A stretch of DNA of 63,129 bases from a candidate division WOR-3 bacterium. Lineage in GTDB: Bacteria > Hydrothermota > Tepidihabitantia > SM23-42 > JAOAFX01. Location: the NCBI GenBank assembly GCA_965649105.1, contig CBFGJP010000003.1, positions 1 to 63,129 on the forward strand. The letters run 5' to 3'. Below the pieces are notes generated by a model. The model saw nothing but the letters and a program-made list of their open reading frames with translations. It was not told where the DNA came from and ran no database searches. The first letter of the stretch is position 1. Every line of letters begins with the position of its first letter. The translations under genes and the position numbers were made by a program. Shown one piece after another: positions 11,961 to 21,740 of the stretch.

Positions 11961-14312
11961 ATGAAGTGGGTGTCCCTGTTAATAGTCGTTGTAATTGCTT
12001 ATGCGGTTGATATCCATACTCCCTCTCCGGTAGAACCATACATCCCTCTACCCGATGAGAATCCCACGATTATCTCATTCTCCAATGGTATTGTCTTTGA
12101 TACACGGACTGGTGAACCTGAATTACCAACAAATCTGAGAATAGATTCTTATCGCGGTCCTGGATATTATCTCATCCAGGTTGATGGCCCAGTCTATTCT
12201 CATTATCTTAATCAGATAAAAGAACTTGGGATTAATGTTGTGGGCTATATTCCGAATTATGCGTTACTCGCCTATGCAACCGAAGAGCAAGTTGCCCTTG
12301 CGAATCTAAAGCCTTTTGTCCGCTGGACCGGTATCTTCCAGCCTGCATATAAACTCCAGAAGGAGGTCATTGAAGGAAAAGGAACCGCAAGGGTGACGAT
12401 ACAATTATTCCCTGATGAGAACACAGATATTATTGCTGGTTTAATCCAGTCCATGGGTTTTGATGTTGTGGAAGTCATTGACCATAAACTATGCAAGACG
12501 ATAGATGCAATCGTAGATTTGAAACGTGTTGATGAAGTGGCAAGGATTACTGGTGTCCAGTGGATTCAGTTATGGTCTGAGCCGACATTTACCAATGATA
12601 ACTGTCAGTGGGTAACCCAGACGGGGTGGCGCTCAACAGTCCCATCTGACCCAGGGGCAAGGAGAGTATGGTATGCAGGGATAAGGGGTGCCGGCACGGT
12701 CTTAAGCACGACCGACTCAGGTATATATATGTCCCACCAGCAATATAATGACCCTGCCAATCCGGTCAATGCACCGGGTGTATTCCCGAACCACAGAAAG
12801 GTCGTTGCGTATAAATTATATCAAGGTGCAGCATTCGGAGATGTTTCTGCAGTCTCCTGGCACGGAACACATGTCAATTGCACAGTTGCAGGGAATGACA
12901 CGACCTTTGGAACGAGCACCAGGGATGGAATGGCAAAGGAAGGAAAGATCTATTTTGTTGACATTGCCAATGCATCTGGCGGACTCGTCGTCCCAACGAA
13001 TCTTGCCCCAATGTATGATACAATCTATCTTGGTCGGGGACTTGGATATAACATTTTACAGCATTCAGGTTCCTGGGGCTGGGGAAATTCCAGCGGCACC
13101 TATCTGACCCAGGATGCCTCTACTGATGCTTATATCTATGCCCATCCTGACTTCTTAAACCTCTATGCGGCAGGGAATGAGTACTATGCCACAAGAATAC
13201 GGAATCCAGGTATTGCTAAGAATGTGATAACGGTTGGTGCAACTCAGAATGGTACCGCATCTAATCAAATTGCCTCGTTTTCCAGCCGCGGTCCAACCCA
13301 GGACAACAGAATTAAACCAAATCTCGTAGCACCAGGAGATATCATTTATTCTGCCCAGGGTGGGACGACAAACTCATACTGGTCAATGTCCGGAACAAGT
13401 ATGGCAACACCCGCTACAAATGGTTCAATAGGTTTGATCCGGCATTACCTGCTTGCTGGTTTTTATCCATCAGGTGCTGCGAATCCTGCGGATTCAATAA
13501 AATATCAGAGTGCCGCACTTCTGCGGGCAATGGCAATGGTCTCCTGTGACCCGAATGTAGGTTCTTATGTAATTCCCAGTTTTGATATCGGCTGGGGACG
13601 CATTGATGTAGATAGTGTCCTGTATTTTTCAGATGATACAAGAAAACTGATTATAAAGGATGATACAGTTGGCGTTGGGACAGGTCAATCAAAGACTGAT
13701 TCATTTGTTGTCACGACCTCAACCCTGCCACTCAGGGTTGCAGTTGCCTGGACCGATACCGCTGCAGCAGCAAATGCATCTATAACGCTCATCAACGATT
13801 TGAATGTCACCCTTACTGCACCCAATGGCACCTATTATCGCGGCAACCAATATACAAGCGGACAGTCCGCTGCCAATCCCACGACCTGGGATAACAGGAA
13901 TGTTGAAGAGTGCTTCAGGGTAAATAACCCTGTTATTGGGGTCTGGAGACTGACTATCGCCGGGCAGAATGTGCCCAATGCACCAATGGGCTTTGCCTAT
14001 GCCATCACTGGTGGCATTGGAACAGTAGGAATTGAAGAGAAAATTAGCAAAACTGCAGTTAAAGAAGATTTCATCTGCAACACCATTACAAATAGATTAT
14101 TGAATGTGAAGTTCACCCTTAATGACCAAAAACTGGTAACGATTCAGGTCTATGACCTGACGGGCAGAATTGTTGAACAGATTCTGAATCAAAAATTCAA
14201 TCCGGGCGAATACCAGTTTAACCACAAACTCAATCTACCAAATGGTATCTATTTTGTAGAACTGAAAACCGACAATTCCAAACAATTCAGTAAGGTTGTG
14301 ATGATTCACTAA
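11961..14312 (+). CDS. Secreted subtilisin-like S8 peptidase with Por/T9SS-like C-terminal domain
   Basis: Intact triad TDSG, HGTHV, GTSMA; signal peptide; CTD with VYDLTGR, GIYFV, KVVMIH; start re-called at ATG 11961 after AGGAGG. Confidence 0.93.
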   Translation: MKWVSLLIVVVIAYAVDIHTPSPVEPYIPLPDENPTIISFSNGIVFDTRTGEPELPTNLRIDSYRGPGYYLIQVDGPVYSHYLNQIKELGINVVGYIPNYALLAYATEEQVALANLKPFVRWTGIFQPAYKLQKEVIEGKGTARVTIQLFPDENTDIIAGLIQSMGFDVVEVIDHKLCKTIDAIVDLKRVDEVARITGVQWIQLWSEPTFTNDNCQWVTQTGWRSTVPSDPGARRVWYAGIRGAGTVLSTTDSGIYMSHQQYNDPANPVNAPGVFPNHRKVVAYKLYQGAAFGDVSAVSWHGTHVNCTVAGNDTTFGTSTRDGMAKEGKIYFVDIANASGGLVVPTNLAPMYDTIYLGRGLGYNILQHSGSWGWGNSSGTYLTQDASTDAYIYAHPDFLNLYAAGNEYYATRIRNPGIAKNVITVGATQNGTASNQIASFSSRGPTQDNRIKPNLVAPGDIIYSAQGGTTNSYWSMSGTSMATPATNGSIGLIRHYLLAGFYPSGAANPADSIKYQSAALLRAMAMVSCDPNVGSYVIPSFDIGWGRIDVDSVLYFSDDTRKLIIKDDTVGVGTGQSKTDSFVVTTSTLPLRVAVAWTDTAAAANASITLINDLNVTLTAPNGTYYRGNQYTSGQSAANPTTWDNRNVEECFRVNNPVIGVWRLTIAGQNVPNAPMGFAYAITGGIGTVGIEEKISKTAVKEDFICNTITNRLLNVKFTLNDQKLVTIQVYDLTGRIVEQILNQKFNPGEYQFNHKLNLPNGIYFVELKTDNSKQFSKVVMIH

Positions 14313-14331
14313 ACTCTAACTCCAATAAAAG

Positions 14332-14360
14332 AAGAAGGGGCGCCCTCGGTGCCCCTTCTT
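14332..14360. terminator. Probable bidirectional intrinsic terminator between the S8 peptidase and hisS
   Basis: AAGAAGGGGC...GCCCCTTCTT 10-bp stem flanked by A/T runs, between convergent genes. Confidence 0.8.
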
Positions 14361-14382
14361 TAGTATCTTTCAATAAATTTTG

Positions 14383-15630
14383 CTAATACATAATAGAATT
14401 CAGATAATTTTCTAAATCTGTTCTGGTAATCTCCTTTTGTTCCCCGGTTAACATATCCTTTATTGTATAAACACCTTTTTTAACCTCGTCTTCACCATAA
14501 ATAATTACATAATCTGCCCGATAATGGTTTGCATCCTTTAATTGTGTTTTAATCTTATCAAGAGGATTGCCCAAAAGGCAAATTCCGCCTTTATTTATAA
14601 TCATTTCCCTCAATTTAATACCTTCATAGAATAAATCCTCACCCATCACCGCGATAAAGAAGGTTTTAGTTTTTTCAATCTCTGGGATATCTTCGGATAA
14701 AGCAATGAGCATCCTCTCCACACCCATTGCCCAGCCAATACAGGGTGTATCATTTCCACCGAGTTCTTTCATCAATAAATCATATCGCCCTCCCGCAACA
14801 ATGGTATCCTGGGCACCTAAACCTTTTAATTTAAATTCAAAAACGGTCCTTGTATAATAATCAAGACCCCGCACAAGTTTTTTATTCTCAGCAAACTCAA
14901 TATTTAACTTTTTTAGAAATTCTTTGGTCTGCGAATAATGCATCTGACAATCACTGCACAAATTATCAGTAATCTTTGGCGCCTCTTCATAAATCATCTG
15001 ACAGATATTATTTTTACAATCAAATATTCGTAAAAAATTCTTTTCAAACCGCCGCTGACAATCAAGACACAGGGAATCTTTCTTTGATTTCAAAAAATCA
15101 CTGAGGATATTTTTATATTCCTGCCGGCACACGGGACAGCCAATTGAATTCAATTCAATAACAAAATTTTTTGCACCAATTGAATTCAAGAATGTCTTTG
15201 CCAGATTTACACATTCTGCATCATAAAACGGTGCAGATTCACCAATCAGTTCAACACCAATTTGCAGGAATTCACGATACCTACCCTTCTGGGGTTTTTC
15301 CTTGCGAAACATCTGACCAATATAAAGGAATCGACAGGGTGGATTTATTTTATTTTCCAAGACTGCGCGCAAAACAGAAGCTGTCCCTTCGGGTCGTAGC
15401 ACATATAACCTTTCATCATGCTCAAATGTATACATTTCTTTTTCTACAATATCGGTGTGCTCGCCAATGGAACGGACAAAAAGTTCAATTGATTCAAAGG
15501 TCGGAGTCTTTATCTCTCTAAAACCATTTTGTTTGAAAAATTTCCTTGCTCTCTGGTTTACAAGTTCAATGCGCTCTAAATCCAAGCCATAAATATCCCT
15601 TGTTCCTTTGGGTCTCTGATATTTTATCAT
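14383..15630 (-). CDS. hisS: Histidine--tRNA ligase
   Basis: PKGTRD, LRPEGTA, FRKEKPQKGRYREF, LVRGLDYY, GGRYD. Confidence 0.98.
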   Translation of the reverse strand: MIKYQRPKGTRDIYGLDLERIELVNQRARKFFKQNGFREIKTPTFESIELFVRSIGEHTDIVEKEMYTFEHDERLYVLRPEGTASVLRAVLENKINPPCRFLYIGQMFRKEKPQKGRYREFLQIGVELIGESAPFYDAECVNLAKTFLNSIGAKNFVIELNSIGCPVCRQEYKNILSDFLKSKKDSLCLDCQRRFEKNFLRIFDCKNNICQMIYEEAPKITDNLCSDCQMHYSQTKEFLKKLNIEFAENKKLVRGLDYYTRTVFEFKLKGLGAQDTIVAGGRYDLLMKELGGNDTPCIGWAMGVERMLIALSEDIPEIEKTKTFFIAVMGEDLFYEGIKLREMIINKGGICLLGNPLDKIKTQLKDANHYRADYVIIYGEDEVKKGVYTIKDMLTGEQKEITRTDLENYLNSIMY

Positions 15631-15950
15631 TTAATCCCTTTCTTTATTAGATAAAAACATAAAAGACCGATTACGCCTGCTAATATATCAAGCAATTCAA
15701 AGTCCCTTCCAGGTATGAAAATCTGCTGGAATTCCGCAGTCATTACAATAATCAATCCTGATAAAAAATAGACTCCTGCACCAAGAACTCTCAATCCCAA
15801 CAATCCATATATAAAAAAAAGCAAAAAGTGATAGAGTTTGTCTATGGGAAATTCTTTTATCTTGGGTGTCTCAAACCCGGGATAACCAGTTAAAAAAAAT
15901 ATCACCACAATCCAGATTATCAACAATAATATATCTATGCTCCTCTTCAT
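15627..15950 (-). CDS. VanZ-family membrane protein
   Basis: DKLYHFLLF, EFQQIFIPGRDFELLDILA. Confidence 0.85.
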   Translation of the reverse strand: MKRSIDILLLIIWIVVIFFLTGYPGFETPKIKEFPIDKLYHFLLFFIYGLLGLRVLGAGVYFLSGLIIVMTAEFQQIFIPGRDFELLDILAGVIGLLCFYLIKKGIK

Positions 15951-15962
15951 TAAAAAATGCCC

Positions 15963-16151
15963 TTAATACATGCCAAAATCATCACCTTCCTCACCACAGG
16001 GTTCGAACAATTCCTTCTCGGCTCCGCATTCCGGACATCCCCAGGAATCCGGAAGTTCCTCAAAAAAAACACCCGGGGCAATCCCACTTTCTGGATCGCC
16101 GATCTCGGGATTATAAATATACCCACAAACCCCGCAACGCCATTTCTCCAT
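15963..16151 (-). CDS. Rubredoxin
   Basis: [10 protein letters not shown]...[14 protein letters not shown]. Confidence 0.96.
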   Translation of the reverse strand: MEKWRCGVCGYIYNPEIGDPESGIAPGVFFEELPDSWGCPECGAEKELFEPCGEEGDDFGMY

Positions 16152-16168
16152 CTTTACCTCCTTTTATA

Positions 16169-16885
16169 TTAACCCAGCACGACACAGACTTCCAACACCA
16201 GGGTAATCAACTTTTCCATACCCTGTCCGAGTTCTTCATCCGTAACAAACTTTGTAAATTCTTCACCCCTGCCCACCACATCAGAAACAAGCAAAAATGA
16301 AGCCGTCTCAAGATTACTCCGGTTGCAGAGATAATAAATAAGACTCGTCTCCATTTCCACAGCAAGGATTCCCTTTCTTTGAAGTTTCGGCACATAATCA
16401 GGATCCGGGCTATAGAATACATCTACACTTGCAATGCCACCAAAGTATAAATTCAATCCCATTTTTTCTGCAATATTATCCGCTGTCTTTAAAATTTTGA
16501 ATGTTGCATAAGGCGCAACCGGTTCACCACCAAGATATGAAAATGTCGTGCCATCATATGGTGCAGATGTCAAGGCACATATCATATCCAGCGAGTTTAT
16601 ATGTTGGGCAATACCGCCGCAGGTTCCAATGCGAATTATTCTTTTTGAATTTAGTTGTATTAATTCTTCTACCACAATCGCCGCAGATGGACAACCCATT
16701 CCGGTTGTCTGAACTGAAATCCTTTTGCCTTTGTAAAAACCGGTGTAACCCAGTAATCCCCGATTTTTGTTTACCAAATGAACATCATTCAATCTCTGAC
16801 TGATAACCTCTGCCCTTCCCGGGTCACCAACAACCAAAACGGTCTCTGCATAATCACCTTTGTTTGCCCTTAAATGGATCGGCAT
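16169..16885 (-). CDS. deoD: Purine nucleoside phosphorylase, DeoD type
   Basis: PIHL, GDPGRA, TTGMGCPS, RIGTCG, VEME. Confidence 0.9.
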   Translation of the reverse strand: MPIHLRANKGDYAETVLVVGDPGRAEVISQRLNDVHLVNKNRGLLGYTGFYKGKRISVQTTGMGCPSAAIVVEELIQLNSKRIIRIGTCGGIAQHINSLDMICALTSAPYDGTTFSYLGGEPVAPYATFKILKTADNIAEKMGLNLYFGGIASVDVFYSPDPDYVPKLQRKGILAVEMETSLIYYLCNRSNLETASFLLVSDVVGRGEEFTKFVTDEELGQGMEKLITLVLEVCVVLG

Positions 16886-16949
16886 TGCAAACCTCCTTCA
16901 TCAAGTAGCAAAAATAAATAATTTGTTAAAAAACATTTAATTATTTATA

Positions 16950-18140
16950 CTACCTTGTATTTACTTTTATAGTATCAAAGACCACTGCAAGGAGCGAATC
17001 GCGCAGGTTCTCAAATTCTCTTATATATTCCTTCTTTACCGATGGTGCCCTTGGTAGTTTAACAGTCAAGGGATTTATCGGCACTCCATCTTTATGCAAT
17101 TCAAAATGTAAATGTGGACCAGTAGAAAGCCCGGTAGAACCAACATAGCCAATGAGTTCGCCCATTTTGACATGTTTCCCCTGGAAAATGCCTTTAGCAA
17201 ACCGTGAAAGATGACCGTATCTTGACTTAAAATTATTCTTATGCTTTATTTCTACAAGATTGCCATAACCACCCTTCCATCCCTTGAAAGTCACATAACC
17301 ATCACCAATTGAAGAGACTGGTGTACCGATTGGTGCTGAATAATCAAGCCCATGGTGGGGGCGCCAGACCTTTAAGATTGGGTGATACCTCTTTTTTGCA
17401 AAATATGAACTAATATAACTGTATTTCAAAGGTGATTTGAGCAATGCCTTGCGTAAGGATTCACCTTTTAAATTGTAATAATCGTCGTAACCGGTGGGGT
17501 CTTTAAAATAAATACCATAGAATTCACCCACCCTTCCTTTGTATTTAACAAAAGTAATATTTGAGTAATCTACAAATTGGGAGTCGCAATATACTCTGTC
17601 AAAAATAACCATAAACGAATCGCCGTTCTGCGTTTCAGTAGTGAAATCAATCTCCCAGGCGAAGATATCAGCGAATTTATAAACCAGCATCGGGCTCTCC
17701 CCCCTTTTGAGCATTGATTCGTAAAGAGTAGAATTTATACAACCCTTAAGATAATTCTTAACACTGGTGATATAAGGAAATTTCATCGCCAGACTTAAAA
17801 ATCCTCTATTATTCATTATATAGTACACCGTCAGGGGATTTTTAAAGTAGGTGAGTTTTTTGAATACCCCACCCTCTTTCAAAACAATCAAAGAATCACC
17901 AGGTAGGCATCTACGGAAAGGAAAATCACACTTTTTCAATAAATTTATAATATCGTTGGCGAGTTCCGGGTCGTTTAATAAGCCGGTTAGTACTGACTGT
18001 AAAACTTCATTTTTTTTAAGAATTCTTTTAGTTTCGGTATAGACCGATTCGACTTCCTTTTTAACCTCTTTCTTTTCCTTTCGACATCCAATATTTAAAA
18101 AAATTAAAAAGAGTATAAGAAGCAAAATAAATTTCTTCAT
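16950..18140 (-). CDS. M23 peptidoglycan endopeptidase (MepM-like)
   Basis: HHGLDY (HxxxD), YGHL, STGPHLHFE. Confidence 0.93.
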   Translation of the reverse strand: MKKFILLLILFLIFLNIGCRKEKKEVKKEVESVYTETKRILKKNEVLQSVLTGLLNDPELANDIINLLKKCDFPFRRCLPGDSLIVLKEGGVFKKLTYFKNPLTVYYIMNNRGFLSLAMKFPYITSVKNYLKGCINSTLYESMLKRGESPMLVYKFADIFAWEIDFTTETQNGDSFMVIFDRVYCDSQFVDYSNITFVKYKGRVGEFYGIYFKDPTGYDDYYNLKGESLRKALLKSPLKYSYISSYFAKKRYHPILKVWRPHHGLDYSAPIGTPVSSIGDGYVTFKGWKGGYGNLVEIKHKNNFKSRYGHLSRFAKGIFQGKHVKMGELIGYVGSTGLSTGPHLHFELHKDGVPINPLTVKLPRAPSVKKEYIREFENLRDSLLAVVFDTIKVNTR

Positions 18141-18143
18141 AGT

Positions 18144-19046
18144 TCAAATTGCCTTTTCTTTTATAAAACTCTTGATCCAATCATCACAGATTTCATTATG
18201 ATTGGCAATGGAAATCCCGTGGATTGTAATACGTCTTTCTTGCTTTATCCGCTCTAATATTTTAAACATCTCAGAAAACCCCCACAGATCAAATTCTAAT
18301 TGAAGGTATTTCTTTTTGAATTTACTGAAAATATCGGCGGGAATCATATATTGCTTTAAAAATTTTTTTAGTTCATTAGGTCTCATACGGGTTGTGATGG
18401 CGAGATGAATATGAGCAAAGTTTTTTATAAGGTTCCAGTTGATATTGGGGAAAACCGAAAATACACCCTGGCGATTTTTACGATTCTGCATCAATCTTGC
18501 GAGTTGAACATCAGCATCAATCGTGGGGTTCTCCGTTATCTCATAAATTCTTGCAAAATTTATCTTTGAACACGATAGTTGATAAATCAGTTGCCACTCA
18601 TCTTTTGTCAACTCATAGGGCACGGAGATATTGTATTCAGCAATTTTGTATATCTCTACATATTTCACGCCGAAAGTCTTATTTAACAATCTGTAGCAGT
18701 GCTTTAAATCTCGTGCATAGAAGAAGTAGGAACACGACGGAAGTATTCCCTGCGGTAATGTGGTATTGATAATCACCTCTTCAGTGAGAGGATATATCTT
18801 CGCTATTTCAGGTTCAATATCTGCATCAACAAATGCGCATCCACGATACCACTTACCGCCTGCAATCCCGGGAATAAATAATTTTATTCCATAACTAGTT
18901 ATCAGTCCGTTTTCTTCAAAATTCTGGATACGCAAGAAAATCTCATCCTGTTTAATATGGAACTTATTGACAATTTCAATAATCGGAACATAACCCTGGG
19001 CTTCAAGATGGCGTAAAATCTTTAAATCAATCGGGTCAATAATCAC
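18144..19046 (-). CDS. Lrp/AsnC-like winged-HTH protein, about 300 aa, possibly tandem
   Basis: IDPIDLKILRHLE...RIQNFEENGLI N-terminal HTH; second HTH-like segment LTKDEWQLIYQL. Confidence 0.6.
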   Translation of the reverse strand: MIIDPIDLKILRHLEAQGYVPIIEIVNKFHIKQDEIFLRIQNFEENGLITSYGIKLFIPGIAGGKWYRGCAFVDADIEPEIAKIYPLTEEVIINTTLPQGILPSCSYFFYARDLKHCYRLLNKTFGVKYVEIYKIAEYNISVPYELTKDEWQLIYQLSCSKINFARIYEITENPTIDADVQLARLMQNRKNRQGVFSVFPNINWNLIKNFAHIHLAITTRMRPNELKKFLKQYMIPADIFSKFKKKYLQLEFDLWGFSEMFKILERIKQERRITIHGISIANHNEICDDWIKSFIKEKAI

Positions 19047-19051
19047 AATCC

Positions 19052-19079
19052 ATTATATTCATATTATTTTAATAGTCAA
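19052..19079 (-). promoter_or_regulatory. Sigma70-like promoter, leaderless Lrp-like gene
   Basis: TTGACT-N16-TATAAT-N5-GTG. Confidence 0.8.
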
Positions 19080-19093
19080 TATTTATCTGTTAT

Positions 19094-19840
19094 TTACTTT
19101 GTAATACAGTATCTTTTGCCTTTATATCTCGGCATTGAAGAATAATCATCTACACAATCTATTATTATCCCGCCATTTGCTCTTATAAAATCATTTAATA
19201 TGCCTTCTTTTATCCAGTACATATCCTTAATTCCCCAGGTTTTATACCGTAATTTTTTATAAAGATACCGGAATGGAGTGGGGGTAATAAAATTCACGAA
19301 CCGCCTTAATCTGTTTTTTAATCCAATTATGTCGGTTGTAATCTGGAAGACGATTATTCCATTTTTTTTAATTATCCTCAAAAATTCCTTAATATAACCC
19401 AGTGTTAATGCCGGTGGTAAATGCTGAAATACAATATTTGAATATATAAAATCAAAAACAGTATCTTTAAAGATCTTCAAATTCGAAGAACAATTAAGAA
19501 TGTATGAACACCTTTCTTTATAATTATTATAATTACTGGCGATTTTGAGCATACCCAACGAGATATCAACTCCGATACATACATCAAAATAGCCACACAA
19601 TGCCTGGGTCAGACGACCAACGCCACAACCAAAATCAAGTGCACGCTCATATTTTATATTTAATTTTAGCCCTTTAATATAATTCATAACCGATTCTATC
19701 TCATCGTGCCCGGTCTTATACAATTCATCTATTTTCCAACGGTTATTCTTTTTTTCGGGAAGTGGAAGAATGGACCATAATGGGTCTTTCTGAGCAAATT
19801 CCTCCCAGTTTTTACGCACATCGTGTACAAATTTATCCAT
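19094..19840 (-). CDS. Class I SAM-dependent methyltransferase
   Basis: ALDFGCGVGR, GVDIS, FDFIYS..VFQH. Confidence 0.9.
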   Translation of the reverse strand: MDKFVHDVRKNWEEFAQKDPLWSILPLPEKKNNRWKIDELYKTGHDEIESVMNYIKGLKLNIKYERALDFGCGVGRLTQALCGYFDVCIGVDISLGMLKIASNYNNYKERCSYILNCSSNLKIFKDTVFDFIYSNIVFQHLPPALTLGYIKEFLRIIKKNGIIVFQITTDIIGLKNRLRRFVNFITPTPFRYLYKKLRYKTWGIKDMYWIKEGILNDFIRANGGIIIDCVDDYSSMPRYKGKRYCITK

Positions 19841-19866
19841 TGTTTTTTTGAATGGGAATGAGTAAA

Positions 19867-20346
19867 TTACTTTATTTCGTATTTACCGAATTCTTCCGGT
19901 TTGGTATCACGTAATTTGTTTTTGAGTTCTTCTTCCACACTATCACCCTTGAATACTATTCCATTCTTTTCCATTATGGCATCCTCAACAAAGATTGCCG
20001 CATTGGAACGAAGGGCAAGGGCAATTGAATCAGAAGGTCGCGCATCAACAGAAACCACTTTACCATCCACTTCCAGATAAATCCGCGCATAATATGTCTC
20101 ATTTTTTAAATCATTGATAACAATCTTTATAATTTTACTTTCAAGCGCATCAAGCAATATTTTCATCAGATCATAGGTAAGGGGTCTTGCCGGCTTTATA
20201 CCCTCCAGAAACATCGCAATCGCCATTGCCTCATTATCCCCAATCCATATTGGTAATGTTCTTTCTCCGTATCTCTCTTTGAGTAAAACTACATAATTGT
20301 GAAACTGCTGGTCTTCAACAACACCACTAACGAATACCTCTAAGAT
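19867..20346 (-). CDS. Bifunctional nuclease (DUF151/BFN) family protein, probable ATC start
   Basis: LPIWIG..EA.AIA, RPLTYDL, DARPSDSIALA. Conserved N-terminus extends 40 codons above the ORF-track ATG to an ATC 7 nt after GGAGG. Confidence 0.85.
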   Translation of the reverse strand: MLEVFVSGVVEDQQFHNYVVLLKERYGERTLPIWIGDNEAMAIAMFLEGIKPARPLTYDLMKILLDALESKIIKIVINDLKNETYYARIYLEVDGKVVSVDARPSDSIALALRSNAAIFVEDAIMEKNGIVFKGDSVEEELKNKLRDTKPEEFGKYEIK

Positions 20347-20792
20347 TTTCCCTCCTCCACAACAACTAATTTAAATACTGCAGTTACCTGTTGTGGTAAA
20401 CGAACGGTGATATCATAAATCCCAGGATGCTTTATCGGTTCTTCCAATTCAATCTGTTTTTTATCGATCTCAATATTTTCCGCCTTTAACATTTCTACAA
20501 TATCTTTAGGACCAATAGAACCAAACGATTTACCATCTATACCGGTTTTGATCGTAGTCTTTACACTCAAATTATTTATTCTCTCAGCAATCTGCTCGCT
20601 TAGTTTTCTGACTTTTTCTATGCCCTGGGCGAAATGCCGTCTACTCTTTTCCAGACCCCTGATATTGCCCAAAGTAGCAGGTATCGCAAGTTTATTGGGA
20701 ATAAGATAATTTCGTGCATACCCATCTTTGACTTCAACAACATCATTCTTCTTACCCAGTTTTGCAACATCTTTTATAAGAATTACTTTCAT
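20340..20792 (-). CDS. rplI: 50S ribosomal protein L9
   Basis: MKVIL..DV..LG, VKDGYARNYLIP, FGSI; start re-called at ATG 20792. Confidence 0.97.
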   Translation of the reverse strand: MKVILIKDVAKLGKKNDVVEVKDGYARNYLIPNKLAIPATLGNIRGLEKSRRHFAQGIEKVRKLSEQIAERINNLSVKTTIKTGIDGKSFGSIGPKDIVEMLKAENIEIDKKQIELEEPIKHPGIYDITVRLPQQVTAVFKLVVVEEGKS

Positions 20793-20793
20793 T

Positions 20794-20997
20794 TTATTTA
20801 ATTTCGTATGGCAATAGGGCAATCTCACGAGCACGTTTGATTGCCTGAGCAAGTTTTCTCTGGTGTTTGGCACATAAACCAGTCAAACGCGCGGCAAGTA
20901 TCTTACCACGTTCATTTATATAACCCTTCAAAAGTGCAGTATCTTTATAATCAATAACTTTTACATTGGTCTCACATAACCGACATTTTTTTGTCAC
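20794..20997 (-). CDS. rpsR: 30S ribosomal protein S18
   Basis: CRLC, IDYKD, GKI..R.TG.CAKHQR, AIKRAR. Confidence 0.97.
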   Translation of the reverse strand: MTKKCRLCETNVKVIDYKDTALLKGYINERGKILAARLTGLCAKHQRKLAQAIKRAREIALLPYEIK

Positions 20998-21015
20998 AGT
21001 ATCTCTCCTTTTTGA

Positions 21016-21450
21016 TTAAAATGGGGTATCGATATTATCTTCTTCCTTAATTTCTTCCTCGGCTTCAATCGGGGCATTGCCACCGGTCTCGCTGCCCGTC
21101 TCGGGCACATCAAGGAATTGTATCCTATGTGCAACGACCTCAATGACCGACCGCTTCTCTTTACTTTCTGTCTCCCACTGTCGTGACCTTAATCTACCTT
21201 CAATTAAAACTGCGCTCCCTTTCTTAAGAAAGTCGTTAACAAGTTCGGCCTGTCTCCGCCAGGCAACTATCGTAACAAAAAGTGTTTCTTCATGGGTTTC
21301 TCCTGATTCGCGATTTTTAAATTTCCGGGTAGTAGCTACCCGGAAAGAACAAACCGGTGCACCTTTCTGGGTATAACGCAATTCAGGGTCAGCAACAAGA
21401 CGGCCAATGAGATGGACGGAATTAAGATAGCCCAGCCTTAATTGATTCAT
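21016..21450 (-). CDS. ssb: Single-stranded DNA-binding protein
   Basis: LIGRLVADPELRYT, EGRLRSR, acidic tail ending DTPF. Confidence 0.96.
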   Translation of the reverse strand: MNQLRLGYLNSVHLIGRLVADPELRYTQKGAPVCSFRVATTRKFKNRESGETHEETLFVTIVAWRRQAELVNDFLKKGSAVLIEGRLRSRQWETESKEKRSVIEVVAHRIQFLDVPETGSETGGNAPIEAEEEIKEEDNIDTPF

Positions 21451-21740
21451 CTCTTTTTCTCCTTGGCAATTATCATAAACCTCAACACATTACTGCGATG
21501 TTTCAATCTATCCTTAATGCTTTCAATCTTATCAGACTCGATAGAAAACTCATAATTAACATAATAACCCTCTTTTTGTTTTTCCACTGGATACGCAAGA
21601 GCCTTCTTTCCCAGTAATTGATATCGGACACTGCCAGCACCGCTTGTTTTTATAATTTCTTCCACAGTACCGGCTTCTTTTTCTAATTGTTCATCCTTTA
21701 ATCCAGGATGAAATATAAACATTGCCTCATAGTTTCTCAT
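21447..21740 (-). CDS. rpsF: 30S ribosomal protein S6
   Basis: MRNYE.MFI, GKKALAYP, EGYY, VLRFMII; position upstream of ssb. Confidence 0.95.
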   Translation of the reverse strand: MRNYEAMFIFHPGLKDEQLEKEAGTVEEIIKTSGAGSVRYQLLGKKALAYPVEKQKEGYYVNYEFSIESDKIESIKDRLKHRSNVLRFMIIAKEKKR

